From: an uncultured delta proteobacterium
GTDB taxonomy: Bacteria > Desulfobacterota > Binatia > UBA9968
Direction: 5' to 3'
Assembly: GCA_963727625.1 (NCBI GenBank)
Contig: CAVSHR010000005.1
Location: 928,001-992,000, forward strand
DNA length: 64,000 bases
The position numbers and the translations under genes were made by a program. A model generated the notes under the pieces. The model had not been told where the DNA came from. It saw nothing but the letters and a program-made list of their open reading frames with translations, and did not search any database. This document shows positions 39,201 to 48,425 of this stretch, in pieces (within the stretch, counting starts at the first letter, position 1; each line of letters opens with the position of its first letter).

Positions 39201-40354
39201 TGGGTTATGATTGATAGAGTCGTCGGATTGCCCGGATCAAACGTAATTGGGCTACTGTCACCGGGGTCTAAAAGGTCGCCGCTAGTTCTTGTAGCGGTTA
39301 ATACAACCCCGCTCTCAGCCTTGGTGTACTGAACAGGGCCGATAAACACTTGATATGAGCCAGCTGGGATTACTCCCGTTAGAGTGCCACTCAGGATCCC
39401 CGTACCTGTTTTAAGGCTAAGACTGACGCCGGTATCACTGCTCACGTTTGTCGGAACGCCACTGACGCTCTGGGACTGTACATGGAAAGAAAGGTCATAC
39501 CCTACAAAAGGATTTAACCCGGAAGTAATGATGGCGAGTTTGCTAACAGGCTCGACTGAATTTACTAAAATACCGGCTGAGGCGACCCAAGCACCGTTGC
39601 TCGCAATTCGAAATTCATAATTTCCAGGTGTCAGGGTATTGTAAATCAAAACATTACATGACCCGGAAGTAATCGGACTGCTCGGTACGACATATTGTGA
39701 ACAATTGAGGTAGCGCCAGTCGACATAGGAAGAGCTTCCAATCGGATATAGATAAAGCTTGTCACCTACGGCAGCGTTGCTCAGTTGATCCCAGGTCACG
39801 GAGACGATGCCGCCGGCGGGTATGACGGCAGGATTTGCGCTGAACGGGATTGGCGCAAGTACATTAACCGTAGTTGTAGACACCCGGCAATTGTTGGTCT
39901 CGTCAGACTCAGAGACTACCCCCGCTGCGTCGGCGCAGGCACCCAAATAGTAAGTTCCAACAGGCAGATTAGATGGAATGGTCACGGCCGTACTCGTATT
40001 GGAGCTCGCGGTTTTTTTGAGTACGTCGACTGACCTGGAGCCGATCAGCGTATCTGAACCCGTGATAGTGGCATCTGTCGACAAGCGAAATTCAGTAGTC
40101 GATGCGCCGGCTGTGTTCGTGCCCGAGTTAAGGGTTGTATCCGTAAGGGAAAAACTTCCTCCGGCAGGGATTGAGGACGGCGGATTACTAAGGATGCTAA
40201 TTTCTAGATCGGGATAAGACGCATGGGCGGCTTCCGCAGTTGACGGTCCCAGCCATAGCGGAAGATTGGGTGTCAGTGAGCAAACGCTCCAGTGGACGAG
40301 TACCAAAAACATCGATATGGTTATCGGCGAGCACTTCACTGAGGAACGAGACAT
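36239..40354 (-). CDS. Large secreted Ig-fold protein (CARDB-like, carboxypeptidase-regulatory-like, single YD hairpin, 2 IPT/TIG, 4 PPC-like repeats)
   Basis: Signal-like N-terminus; ESDETNN; YVYDPLSRLKAVID.SGQTATYAYDAVGNLL; FAPKSG..GT.VTI.G.GF; repeated PGQ...F.GTAGQ.ISL units. Confidence 0.85.
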   Translation of the reverse strand: MSRSSVKCSPITISMFLVLVHWSVCSLTPNLPLWLGPSTAEAAHASYPDLEISILSNPPSSIPAGGSFSLTDTTLNSGTNTAGASTTEFRLSTDATITGSDTLIGSRSVDVLKKTASSNTSTAVTIPSNLPVGTYYLGACADAAGVVSESDETNNCRVSTTTVNVLAPIPFSANPAVIPAGGIVSVTWDQLSNAAVGDKLYLYPIGSSSYVDWRYLNCSQYVVPSSPITSGSCNVLIYNTLTPGNYEFRIASNGAWVASAGILVNSVEPVSKLAIITSGLNPFVGYDLSFHVQSQSVSGVPTNVSSDTGVSLSLKTGTGILSGTLTGVIPAGSYQVFIGPVQYTKAESGVVLTATRTSGDLLDPGDSSPITFDPGNPTTLSIITQPGTSQAGATIVGPPAIAFKDNFGNIVTSSASPITVEINSPNYGALYGTKTKNASAGVATFSDLRIDALGTYTLRASSSGFQTITSAPFDITTPLGGVTGTILNASGGAPIEGATVEALQSGIVKSSGVSAADGVYSIPNVPTGIFDIRTSAPGFLAQTQSGVEVLLGSTATANFSLSQERIVYVYDPLSRLKAVIDVSGQTATYAYDAVGNLLGISRYPSSQGSLIEFAPKSGAEGTAVTILGTGFSATPAQNSVTFNGIAATVLSSAPTQIVAEVPSGATTGPIGITTPSGSSTSADLFTVITSSSGGTPTLSGFSPVIGAVGTPVTVTGNNFDNSPSKNDLRFNISHGSISSASPTSLSTTVPTGTGSGQISVTTAWGKGTSNADFFIPPSPLTATHIEFTGRLAEATPLNVILNTSGKKGLLVFDGIAGHRVSLGVSNSTYPFPCPWCSNVVLTFYRPDGSSWVTTSWANSSSHYFEPPTLPMSGTYSILFDPVLVNPGDGTGQANLTLSHISGEDKGTIAMDSPIIVSVPIPGQNPWWTFTGTAGQRISLNITGANLPMACPWCQAAYVYIYKPDGQTLVSGTWANGTGIFIEPLELPVSGTYTLLLDPQGGGTGRATIGLYNVPPDDQGSISADGIPVFANLAVPGQKIIRSFAGTQNQIVSLHALNSTFGCGTGSVSIRAPDNSSLGSINFCNGQQFLEPVTLSETGTYSLRVDGSGPSTGQVTTTLYTVVDVTEAITVDGPPVTVNITTPGQRALLTFTATSGQLINIEGSNSTFPDQGFSCGISLTILSPSNAVLGPQGGSCSAQFSLGGYPLPTDGTYTLMVDPGVDGLGQVTLRLVSWPFLTLTYNGKIRDRVGQGDSYTGPAALNPDGALDGTFTVSSPAGSGQRTVTSLELRNSVYGYWNTVPDTFWVLGAASNFDAPFYNDSLGMVNFTLASGGSFSVFGSDYNNTHFNSGTVFYIVVTFSDGTQAGGSTVVP

Positions 40355-40449
40355 AAAGACTCCTCTGGGTGACGTAACACTAAAAGTAGGGGTGCAACAA
40401 TGCTTCTACACCGATAGGCTTACTACGCTCTGTCGGTGCGCCGCGTCCA

Positions 40450-40485
40450 ATATAAAATTCTTATGGATAGATAAGTTTTGCTTAT
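40450..40485. promoter_or_regulatory. Two LysR-type T-N11-A boxes
   Basis: Palindromic ATAAG-N5-CTTAT at 40471-40485 and a degenerate copy ATATAAAATTCTTAT at 40450-40464, between divergent lysR and the RHS operon. Confidence 0.6.
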
Positions 40486-40801
40486 TGGCTAAACGGAGCG
40501 GGTAGTGCGGGAAGATACCGTGTGGCGGGAATTGGGCATAGTGTTTATACGGTAATACGGCGCAAACGAAGTCTGACAACACTCGTTTACCGTCCCGTAA
40601 ACAAAAGTTTACAGCGACCTAATGTAGTGTCTGGTATTATCGCAAAAAGCTGATCGACAATTGCGAAATGAATTTGGACACTTAGATAGACTTGACAGCG
40701 GTCGGAGCGTATTGGCATGTCCTTTGCTGAAGGCTAGATTCCAGTTTGATTTTAATTGAGATGTAGCCAGGTTTTTGTGCGCTTGCGAATAGGAGCGTGG
40801 G

Positions 40802-41767
40802 ATGAATATTGATCGTGTCCGGCTATTCGTTTCCGCAGCACGGCAGCTCAGCGTCACTCGTGCAGCCTGCGAACACAAAATTAGCCAATCTGCGGTGAGC
40901 CAGCACCTCAAAATTTTACAGTACGAACTTGGAAGTATACTCTATAATAGAAATAAAAATGGGCGGTTTGTCTTAACGGACGCTGGCCAAGCTTTTTACG
41001 AAGATGCTGTTTCAGTGCTGTCAAGTGTCGATGAATTAAAGAACAAGCACAAAAAAGACATCTATTCGGTTACCATCGCCGCTAGTGATCGTCCGTCGCG
41101 GTTTCTTTTACCTCGTCTTATGACGGAATTTGTTAAAACACATCCATTGGCTAAGTTGACTTTAATTACTCGAAGTAGCCGTGAAATCGAGAAAATACTT
41201 TTAGAATCTAGGGTGGATCTCGCCCTTTTGACCGATTCAAAACTTCCGCCAGGGATCTTTGTCGCGGAGCCTTATTGCGTTGAAAAGCTCACTGCCTTTG
41301 TTGCAGCCGATCACCCATTAGCTAAAGGGACGGGTCTGCGGGCATCGGAAATTTTTACCAACCCCGTTATCATAAAGGCCACGGGCGACAGGGAGAGCAA
41401 AGTTGAAGCAGAACTGAGGAAGATGGAAAAGGAGGGTGTCAAATTCAAAACTGTAATACGCTGTGAATCTTCGGGTGTATTAAAGGAAATCGTGAAGCAG
41501 ACAATGGGCATAGGCGTTCTGTATTATAGTGCAATTAAGCCAGACATCGATCGAGGGGAGTTCAAGATCATTCAGTTTCCGAAATTCGATATAGCAGGAA
41601 AAGGTTACATCGTTTACCGAAAGGACAAGCCCTTCCCTATGCTTGCGCGAGACTTTCTGTTATTTCTCCGTACCTCGGTTGATAATTCAGAGCCAATCAA
41701 ACCTGTCCCAAAGGGTCCCTTCGCAAATGCACTTATGCATCGTCAGGTGCGTGACTATATGCACTGA
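40802..41767 (+). CDS. LysR family transcriptional regulator
   Basis: SVTRAA...ISQSAVSQHLK.L..ELG HTH, LTDAG, VDLAL, GIGVL. Confidence 0.9.
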   Translation: MNIDRVRLFVSAARQLSVTRAACEHKISQSAVSQHLKILQYELGSILYNRNKNGRFVLTDAGQAFYEDAVSVLSSVDELKNKHKKDIYSVTIAASDRPSRFLLPRLMTEFVKTHPLAKLTLITRSSREIEKILLESRVDLALLTDSKLPPGIFVAEPYCVEKLTAFVAADHPLAKGTGLRASEIFTNPVIIKATGDRESKVEAELRKMEKEGVKFKTVIRCESSGVLKEIVKQTMGIGVLYYSAIKPDIDRGEFKIIQFPKFDIAGKGYIVYRKDKPFPMLARDFLLFLRTSVDNSEPIKPVPKGPFANALMHRQVRDYMH

Positions 41768-41827
41768 TTCGACCTGCGAGCTAGCCGGATTTCGGAGCTA
41801 CAATCAAAAAGAGTGGAAAAAGAAAGT

Positions 41828-42950
41828 TATAAATCGCGGCGGTAAAGTGTACCACTGAACCGGCTTTGACTTGGCAGGCGATGGCGGGTCAAAAGTGTAC
41901 CGGTCCTGCTAAGCTGTCTCGATGTCTATGGATGGCATTGGGAGGCAGGAAGGATGTTCACAGTGGAACTTTATGCAAGGATCAGGCGCGCCGTGATGGT
42001 GGAGGGTCTGAGCCGACGCGAGGCGGCCAAGCAGTTTGGCGTGCATCGCAACACGATCACGAAGATGCTTGAGTTTTCGATACCACCCGGCTACCGGCGG
42101 CGCGAACGGCCAGTTTCGAAGAAGCTCGGTCCGTATCGGGCGCGGATCGATCGCAAGCGAAAGAACAAGGGCTCGAACGACGATTGGACTCATCCCCATG
42201 ACCCCGACGCCAAGATCACCAAGATGAAGGACGGACGCACGCACTTGGCGCACAAGGCCGAGCACGCGGTCGACCTGGAGACCGGCGCGGTAGTGGCCGT
42301 CACCGTGCAAGGCGCCGATCAAGGGGACACCACCACGAGTGTCGAGACGTTGATTGAGGCCGCCGAGCAGATCGAGACGGTCGTCCCTGACAGCGACGGG
42401 CCGAAAGAGGCCGTTGCAGACAAGGGGTACCATAGCAACCAAGCGCTCGTGGACCTCGAAGCGGTGGGCGTGCGCAGCTACATCTCGGAGCCCGATCGGG
42501 GGCGACGACAGTGGAAGGATAACCCCGAGGCGCGCGACGCTGTTTATCGCAACCGTCGTCGGATTGGGGGCGCGCGTGGCAAGCGCCTGATGCGTCAGCG
42601 GGGAGAACTCCTCGAACGACCGTTTGCCCATCTGTACGAAACCGGAGGGATGCGGCGGGTGCGCCTGCGCGGTCATCAGAACATCCTCAAGCGCGTCCTG
42701 CTACATGCTGGGGGGGTAAATCTCGGGTTGTTGATGCGCACGCTGTTCGGTGTGGGCACGCCGCGGGGTCTGCAGGGCCGCGTGGCCGCGTTTTTATTAG
42801 CTCTGTGGTCTTTCGTAAACCCCTCAGAGATATTCTGGGTAAGGCTTACACGCCTTTATCGACTCGCAACCTCGAATGTAGACTTGCACGAGTGCCGCAA
42901 AGAATATCCCATCAGATTCGCTTTATGATCTCTTTTGCCACGGGCTGCTA
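41828..42950 (+). mobile_element. Chimeric IS remnant: IS21 left end and IstA N-terminus fused in frame to an IS1182-type DDE C-terminus (ORF 41954-42928)
   Basis: AAAGTGTACC repeats at 41844 and 41892; MFTVELYARIRRAVMVEGLSRREAA (IstA HTH) then HPHDPDAKITKMKDGRTHLAHKAEHAVD, ADKGYHS, ERPFAH. Confidence 0.75.
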
Positions 42951-43212
42951 GGGTCGATTTTCTGTTGTCAATCCTCGGGCTGGCAACGTATCCCGGGCAA
43001 GCAGAGTCAGTGTCATCGACAATTTGAATTTTCTCGAGTAAAAAATTCTTAATTTCACGCGTCGCGAGATCCTCTGCCTTTAACATTTTACCCGAGATGA
43101 GAATCGGAAGGATCGACCGCTTTGTCCCTGGCTGACTACCGCCATAATAAAGAATAGTGATCGATTCATTCTTTCCTGCTGCTTCAGTTATGCAATCCCG
43201 GATATTTTTCAT
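42856..43212 (-). CDS. Small WYL-like domain protein, probably truncated by the IS end
   Basis: ITILYYGGSQPGTKRSILP...LKAEDLATREIKNFLLEKI resembles the WYL pattern; 3' end runs into IS sequence. Confidence 0.5.
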   Translation of the reverse strand: MKNIRDCITEAAGKNESITILYYGGSQPGTKRSILPILISGKMLKAEDLATREIKNFLLEKIQIVDDTDSACPGYVASPRIDNRKSTLAARGKRDHKANLMGYSLRHSCKSTFEVASR

Positions 43213-43422
43213 TTCGTCGCTTTCCCAAGCAGATTGGAATTAAAAAGCCAAATTTCTTTGGCCTTTATTTTCCGATTTTCTAGCGACTGGTCTCTCGCCA
43301 AAAAAAAGCAGACTTGGCCCGCTTAACTTTGTCGCGCTCATCACGAGCGCTACGTCCGTAACCTATAGAACAACCTGCCTTTAATCGTCGCTCATGATCT
43401 GAGCGATTAGAGTGATCCTCTG

Positions 43423-43478
43423 AAAACCCAATACTCCACCATTCCAGTACTTCAATCCACTGATATTCCGTCACTCCG
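43423..43478. repeat. Degenerate 8-bp-periodic ATACTCCA array
   Basis: cccaatactccaccattccagtacttcaatccactgatattccgtcactccg. Confidence 0.55.
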
Positions 43479-43863
43479 ACTCTTTGGCTTTTTTGTACCG
43501 CGCCTTGGGGACGATCTCGGCCACCGTTCCGCCGGGCGCGCGGAACTTGATGGGAACCACACCGGGGTCGCTGATGATCTCGCAGCCGAAGCGTTGCAGG
43601 TCGGCTGCCGACTTCGTCATGTCGTCGACCTCGATGGCAAAGTGATGGATGCACGGCCCCATACCCGAGGCACGCGATTCGGCCGATTCCTCGCTGTTGT
43701 ATTTGATCAACGCCAGGTCGATGGCGCCGTCAGTCAGGTGGCGCGAGGTATGGTCCCTAACCTGACCGGTTTCGACCTCGACGAATCCGAAACCCTTATG
43801 GTAAAACTCCGTCGCCTTTTCCAGATCGTCGACCTTGAGCGCAATATGAACGATGCGCGACAT
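43471..43863 (-). CDS. VOC/glyoxalase family protein (copy 2)
   Basis: Near-identical to 22767-23159 with different last residues. Confidence 0.85.
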   Translation of the reverse strand: MSRIVHIALKVDDLEKATEFYHKGFGFVEVETGQVRDHTSRHLTDGAIDLALIKYNSEESAESRASGMGPCIHHFAIEVDDMTKSAADLQRFGCEIISDPGVVPIKFRAPGGTVAEIVPKARYKKAKESE

Positions 43864-44506
43864 AATCCCTCCCCATCAGCAGACTAGCTTTAACATAGTC
43901 GCGAGAAACGATTCAACTCGGCCGCGCTGGAGCTATCCGCCGCTAACCCAACTTGGCCAATCTATCGGCCGCGGCCGCAAGCGTCTCGTCCTTCTTGCAG
44001 ACCGCGAAGCGCGCGAAATGCTTGCCGAGCTGTTTGTCCGATTTCCGATAGAATGGGCTGGCGGGAATACAGGCGACGCCGACTTGGCTGATCAGCCATC
44101 GGGCGAATTGAAAATCGTCTTGAACATGCGCCGGCGCGGCGCCGCGCCAGTCGATCATAACGAAATAACTGCCGCTCGGTTTGAAAACCTTGAAACCGGC
44201 GTTTCGTAAAATATTCACCATGCGGTCGCGTCTAGCTTGGTAATCGCTCTGCAATTGCTCAAAAAATGAAAATGGCAGCTTCAGCGCCGTAGCGGCGGCG
44301 GGCCTGCAGCGGCGAAGCTACCGCATAGGTAATAAACTGATGCGCCTGGTTGGCTGCGTTCACCAGCGCGGCGGGACCGCCAGCCCAACCGATTTTCCAG
44401 CCGGTGACGCTGAAGGTCTTGCCCAGGGAACTGATCGTCAGCGTGCGATCCGCCATACCGGGCAGCGTAGCCAGGCGCGTGTGGCTCGCATCGTCGTATA
44501 GTATAT

Positions 44507-46344
44507 GATTCTGCTGAAAAACCCGTCAATTTGAATTGCGACCGCCGTTAGCAAACGCTGTCGATCCCCAAATGGTGTTACGACAAAAAAATTTTCACCT
44601 GCAACGCTGCCATAGCCAGTAAAATGAACGGCCCCGAGCCCTTAAGCCGGGCTCAGAACCGGCGTTCTCATCTGGAATGCGAGCAGATTTAGGTATCGTT
44701 TCACATTGCACGCGGCGCCCATGAAATAGTGCGATAGACCGACCCGGCTTAAGCCTCGATATTTCGTCCGTCTCATCGCGTGCCCACGCACCAACTCGCT
44801 GTGAGTCCCTTCGATGCCGTTTCGCGGATGCATGCTCTTTGAGAACCCACTCTGTTTCATTTCTCTGCGCCGCTGCTCCACCAGATCGTGGCGCACCCCG
44901 ACGACTAAAGTTCTCCGGCCGTTCTTGGAATGCGTACACTGCTTTTGTACAGGACAGCTATCGCATTGACTGGCCCACTCGATGCGGTAGTACTCGGTTC
45001 CCTGGTAATTATCTTTGATGCGGCTACATTGACTGCTTAAGTTACCCTGGGGACAAACCGCCTGACGCTTCTCGACATCAACATGGAATGCATCGCTATT
45101 GTACGCTCCCTTGTACGGGTCGGGACGCGTCGGCCCTAATAACTCGATGCCGTTTTGTTCCGCTTGCGTTAAGGTGTGCTCGGTGACGTAACCGGCATCG
45201 CTGTACATCGCCTGGGGTGTAATCTCATGGTGCTGTTGTTCTGTTTTAAGCACCTCGGTTAAGCCGGCCATCTCGTCTTGGGCCGCTTCAGTAGTGAATA
45301 TCTCGGTAATGAAATGCTCGGCGGGCTCGCCTTTTTTCTTGATCGGTTGTTGGGGATCGACCGTCTCAGCCACGTGCACTTTGTAGCCGATCCATTGCTT
45401 AGTCTTCTTATCGGCATAATGGGCATCGGGATCATGGGGGTTCTGTACCGCGCGAGAAGGCCGCTGGGTGGCCAGTTCAAGCTTTCCCTCGACCACTGCG
45501 AACTGCTCGTCAAAGACTCGCCGCAACAGTTTCACCGCCTCACGTTCAGCGAGCTGGGGATTCTCTGTATCGATCCACTCCAGCAGCTCTGTGATGTCCT
45601 GCCCACATTGCCGATGGCGGTTGGCTTGCTCGGTTTTGCTTAACCGCCAATCCAGATGGCTCTCGACATAAAACTCCCACAGTCGGTCCCAAAACTCTGG
45701 GCGCTTTTTCATTCCTGCTTCATATTCCAAATCTTCCAACCCCAAACGCAGCGTCTCCAGCGCGCATTCCATCCAGCTCATCGCTTTGACGTATCCCACG
45801 ATATGGGTGCTATCGAGCCGCTGCTTGCCCTTGCGCTTTACCAACCCCAGCTCGATCAATAAATCCACCACCCCGTCAAAAATCAGCCGCTCGGCTGTTT
45901 TCTCCTCCAACCGATTGCGAAAATAAACCAACACCGTGGCATGAAACCCGCCGTAGTCCAGTTCCAAATCCAGCGCGTACTTCCAACCCAGATGATAGAC
46001 AACATGCTCGCTGGCGCCCCGGTCCGCCACTTTCTCCATAAACTGGAGAAGCGTCACCCCGCAAAGTAGCACCGGATCGATCGGCGGCCGGCCGTTCTCG
46101 GCGCAGTAAAGCGCTTCCAGCTTAGGCGCAAGCTCCAAAAGCTTGGGCCAAATCTTTTCCCGAAACAGCCGGTAGCGGTTGGCCGGACCGAACAGATTTC
46201 CAGCAAGATAGTCGGTGTGATAAAAGCTTCTCTGTGCATCGATCGGTTTCACGCTCATGGAAAAACCTTGAGGCCCACTCCGTCCATTGTCAACATTTAT
46301 TCTATTAATATGACGAAATACCAAGAGGGTTTTTCAGCAGAATC
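44507..46344 (-). mobile_element. Complete IS1182-family insertion sequence (1838 bp)
   Basis: 18-bp TIR GATTCTGCTGAAAAACCC / GGGTTTTTCAGCAGAATC; TSD GTATAT confirmed by the empty site near 23796. Confidence 0.92.
44642..46258 (-). CDS. IS1182-family DDE transposase
   Basis: GRPPIDP, WKYALDL, RLDSTH, PHDPDAHY..K...WIGYKVH, SDAGY, Cys cluster CPQG...CDSCPVQKQC, RNGIEGT. Confidence 0.88.
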   Translation of the reverse strand: MSVKPIDAQRSFYHTDYLAGNLFGPANRYRLFREKIWPKLLELAPKLEALYCAENGRPPIDPVLLCGVTLLQFMEKVADRGASEHVVYHLGWKYALDLELDYGGFHATVLVYFRNRLEEKTAERLIFDGVVDLLIELGLVKRKGKQRLDSTHIVGYVKAMSWMECALETLRLGLEDLEYEAGMKKRPEFWDRLWEFYVESHLDWRLSKTEQANRHRQCGQDITELLEWIDTENPQLAEREAVKLLRRVFDEQFAVVEGKLELATQRPSRAVQNPHDPDAHYADKKTKQWIGYKVHVAETVDPQQPIKKKGEPAEHFITEIFTTEAAQDEMAGLTEVLKTEQQHHEITPQAMYSDAGYVTEHTLTQAEQNGIELLGPTRPDPYKGAYNSDAFHVDVEKRQAVCPQGNLSSQCSRIKDNYQGTEYYRIEWASQCDSCPVQKQCTHSKNGRRTLVVGVRHDLVEQRRREMKQSGFSKSMHPRNGIEGTHSELVRGHAMRRTKYRGLSRVGLSHYFMGAACNVKRYLNLLAFQMRTPVLSPA

Positions 46345-46773
46345 GTATATGTTCGTAGACCTCATCGGTCACTGCGATGACATCGTGCTTCGCGCAAAGC
46401 TCGGCGATGATTGGTAGTTCCTCACGGGAAAAAACTTTGCCGGTGGGATTGTGCGGCGTGTTGATGAGAATTACGCGGGTGCGACGATTGAAAGCGCGCG
46501 CCAGCTCGTCGGGGTCGAACGTCCACTGATCGCCGCGCAACGGCACATAGCGCGGGACAACGCCGGCCATGAGCAAATTCGGCACGTAGGTGTCGTAGAC
46601 CGGCTCGAAGACGATCGCTTCATCGCCCGGACCGGCGAGCCCAAGAACCGCCGCGAAAACCGCTTCGGTCGCGCCGGCGGTCACCAGCACCTCGGCCGGC
46701 AGAGCCATGCCTAAATTCTAGGCTGGACATTTACACGCTCTTTCAATATCAAAGGCTGGAGGGAGACAAAATC

Positions 46774-48270
46774 ATGGCTCAATCGACTGATTTCAACGTT
46801 GTCGAAGCGACCATCGACGACATCCACAGCGCTTACAAATCGGGCCGGCTCACTTGCCGGAAAGTAGTGCAAATGTATCTCGATCGCATCGAGGCCTTCG
46901 ACAAAAAGGGGCCGGCGATCACTGCGATCATCACCGTCAACCCCGAGGCGCTCCAAGATGCCGATCGTCTCGATGCCGCAGACAAATCGTCCGGACCGGT
47001 CGGACCGCTGCACGGCATCCCGGTGATCGTCAAGGATCAGGCCGATGTCAAAGGCATGCCGACCACGCTGGGTTCGCTGCTGTTTAAAGATTATTTCCCC
47101 GACCGCGACTGCTTTGTGGCGGAAAAATTGCGCAAAGCCGGCGCGATCCTTTTGGGCAAGGCGACCCTCGGCGAGCTAGGCGGCGGCGACACCCATGGTT
47201 CGCTGTTCGGTTCGACGCGCAATCCCTACGACACTGCGCGCACGGTCGGCGGGTCGTCCGGCGGCTCCGCGGCGTCGGTATCGGCGAATTTCTCGACCGT
47301 TGCCGTCGGCCAGGAAGGTTTGGCGTCGATCCGCCGTCCATCGACGTGGAACTGCATCACCGGCATGCGTCCCTCCGCCGGTCTTGTCAGCCGCAGCGGC
47401 GTCTATGGCTGCTGGCCGGAAATTTTCGGCTCTTTGGGCCCGATGGCGCGCACCGTCAAAGATCTATCCACGTTGCTCGATGCCATGGTTGGCTACGACC
47501 CGGAAGACCCGATCACCGCGCGCGGCGTCGGCCAGGTTCCGGATAGTTTCACAAAATTCTTGGACAAAGACGGCCTCAAAGGCGCACGCATCGGGATCCT
47601 GCGCGAGGCCATCGGTCTTAATTCCGAACCCGATTCGGAAGACTTCAAAAAAATTACCGAAGTGTTTGGCCGAGCCGTCGAGGAGCTAAAAAGCGCCGGC
47701 GCCGAAATCGTCGATCCGATCGTGATTCCGAAGATCAAAGAGCTGCTCGCCAAGCGCTCAGGCGGGCCGGGGGATACCGGGCAGTCCTTCAAGAATTATT
47801 TCGGACGCAGCGCCAATCCGCCGTTCAAAACACCGCAGGAAGTCGTCGCCGCGCCCGACTTCGCCAAAGTGGTCAAACATTCCCAGGATCGCTTCAAGAG
47901 AAATCCCGATGCGGCAAAGCACTACGAGAGCCTGCGCGCGCAGGATGAGCTGATGACCAATTTCTTAAAGGTGATGGCCGATCACAGGCTCGACGCCATC
48001 GTGCACAAAGCCGTGGAGCACCAGCCGACGCTCATCAGAGACGGCATCGCTCCGCCCTTCGTCGATCAAAAGGGCGCACCGCACTTAAACACCTTTCTGG
48101 TCTACACGCCGACCATCGTCGTGCCGGCCGGTTTCACCCGCGACAATTTACCGGCGGGAGTTTGCTTCATCGGCCGTCCCTATGACGACGGCCAATTGAT
48201 CAAGTTTGCGTACGCCTACGAACAGGCCACGCATCATCGCCGGCCGCCTGCGAGCACGACGGCGCTGTGA
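46774..48270 (+). CDS. Amidase signature family protein (copy 2)
   Basis: Protein identical to 24225-25721. Confidence 0.9.
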   Translation: MAQSTDFNVVEATIDDIHSAYKSGRLTCRKVVQMYLDRIEAFDKKGPAITAIITVNPEALQDADRLDAADKSSGPVGPLHGIPVIVKDQADVKGMPTTLGSLLFKDYFPDRDCFVAEKLRKAGAILLGKATLGELGGGDTHGSLFGSTRNPYDTARTVGGSSGGSAASVSANFSTVAVGQEGLASIRRPSTWNCITGMRPSAGLVSRSGVYGCWPEIFGSLGPMARTVKDLSTLLDAMVGYDPEDPITARGVGQVPDSFTKFLDKDGLKGARIGILREAIGLNSEPDSEDFKKITEVFGRAVEELKSAGAEIVDPIVIPKIKELLAKRSGGPGDTGQSFKNYFGRSANPPFKTPQEVVAAPDFAKVVKHSQDRFKRNPDAAKHYESLRAQDELMTNFLKVMADHRLDAIVHKAVEHQPTLIRDGIAPPFVDQKGAPHLNTFLVYTPTIVVPAGFTRDNLPAGVCFIGRPYDDGQLIKFAYAYEQATHHRRPPASTTAL

Positions 48271-48425
48271 GCGCGGCCAGCCAACGGTCGGCGACAAGAT
48301 TAACAGCGATAATTTTCGCTCTGGAGTTTGCCGGAGCGGGAAGTTTTTTTGGCGGCGTGCGAATTTCTCTGGAACTTGAATGAACTAAACCGACAGTGGG
48401 TCCAAACTTTTTGGACGCTGGCAGA

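Larger units (their letters stand above)
25720..43492. mobile_element. Genomic island between the two direct repeats
   Basis: Visibly lower GC over much of 30-43 kb, transposases, RHS system, flanking 2.9-kb direct repeats. Confidence 0.7.
43943..46708 (-). pseudogene. Aminotransferase copy 2: truncated, IS-interrupted and frameshifted
   Basis: Fragments 46334-46708, 44259-44456 and 43943-44254; one extra G near 44300 relative to copy 1. Confidence 0.85.
43493..48268 (+). repeat. Direct repeat copy 2 (interrupted by IS1182)
   Basis: 4776 bp minus the 1838-bp IS and 6-bp TSD gives 2932 bp, versus 2931 bp for copy 1. Confidence 0.95.

Noticed and set aside
25720-43492. Island as a prophage or ICE
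   Set aside because: No integrase, phage structural, relaxase or conjugation genes, and no short att repeats seen
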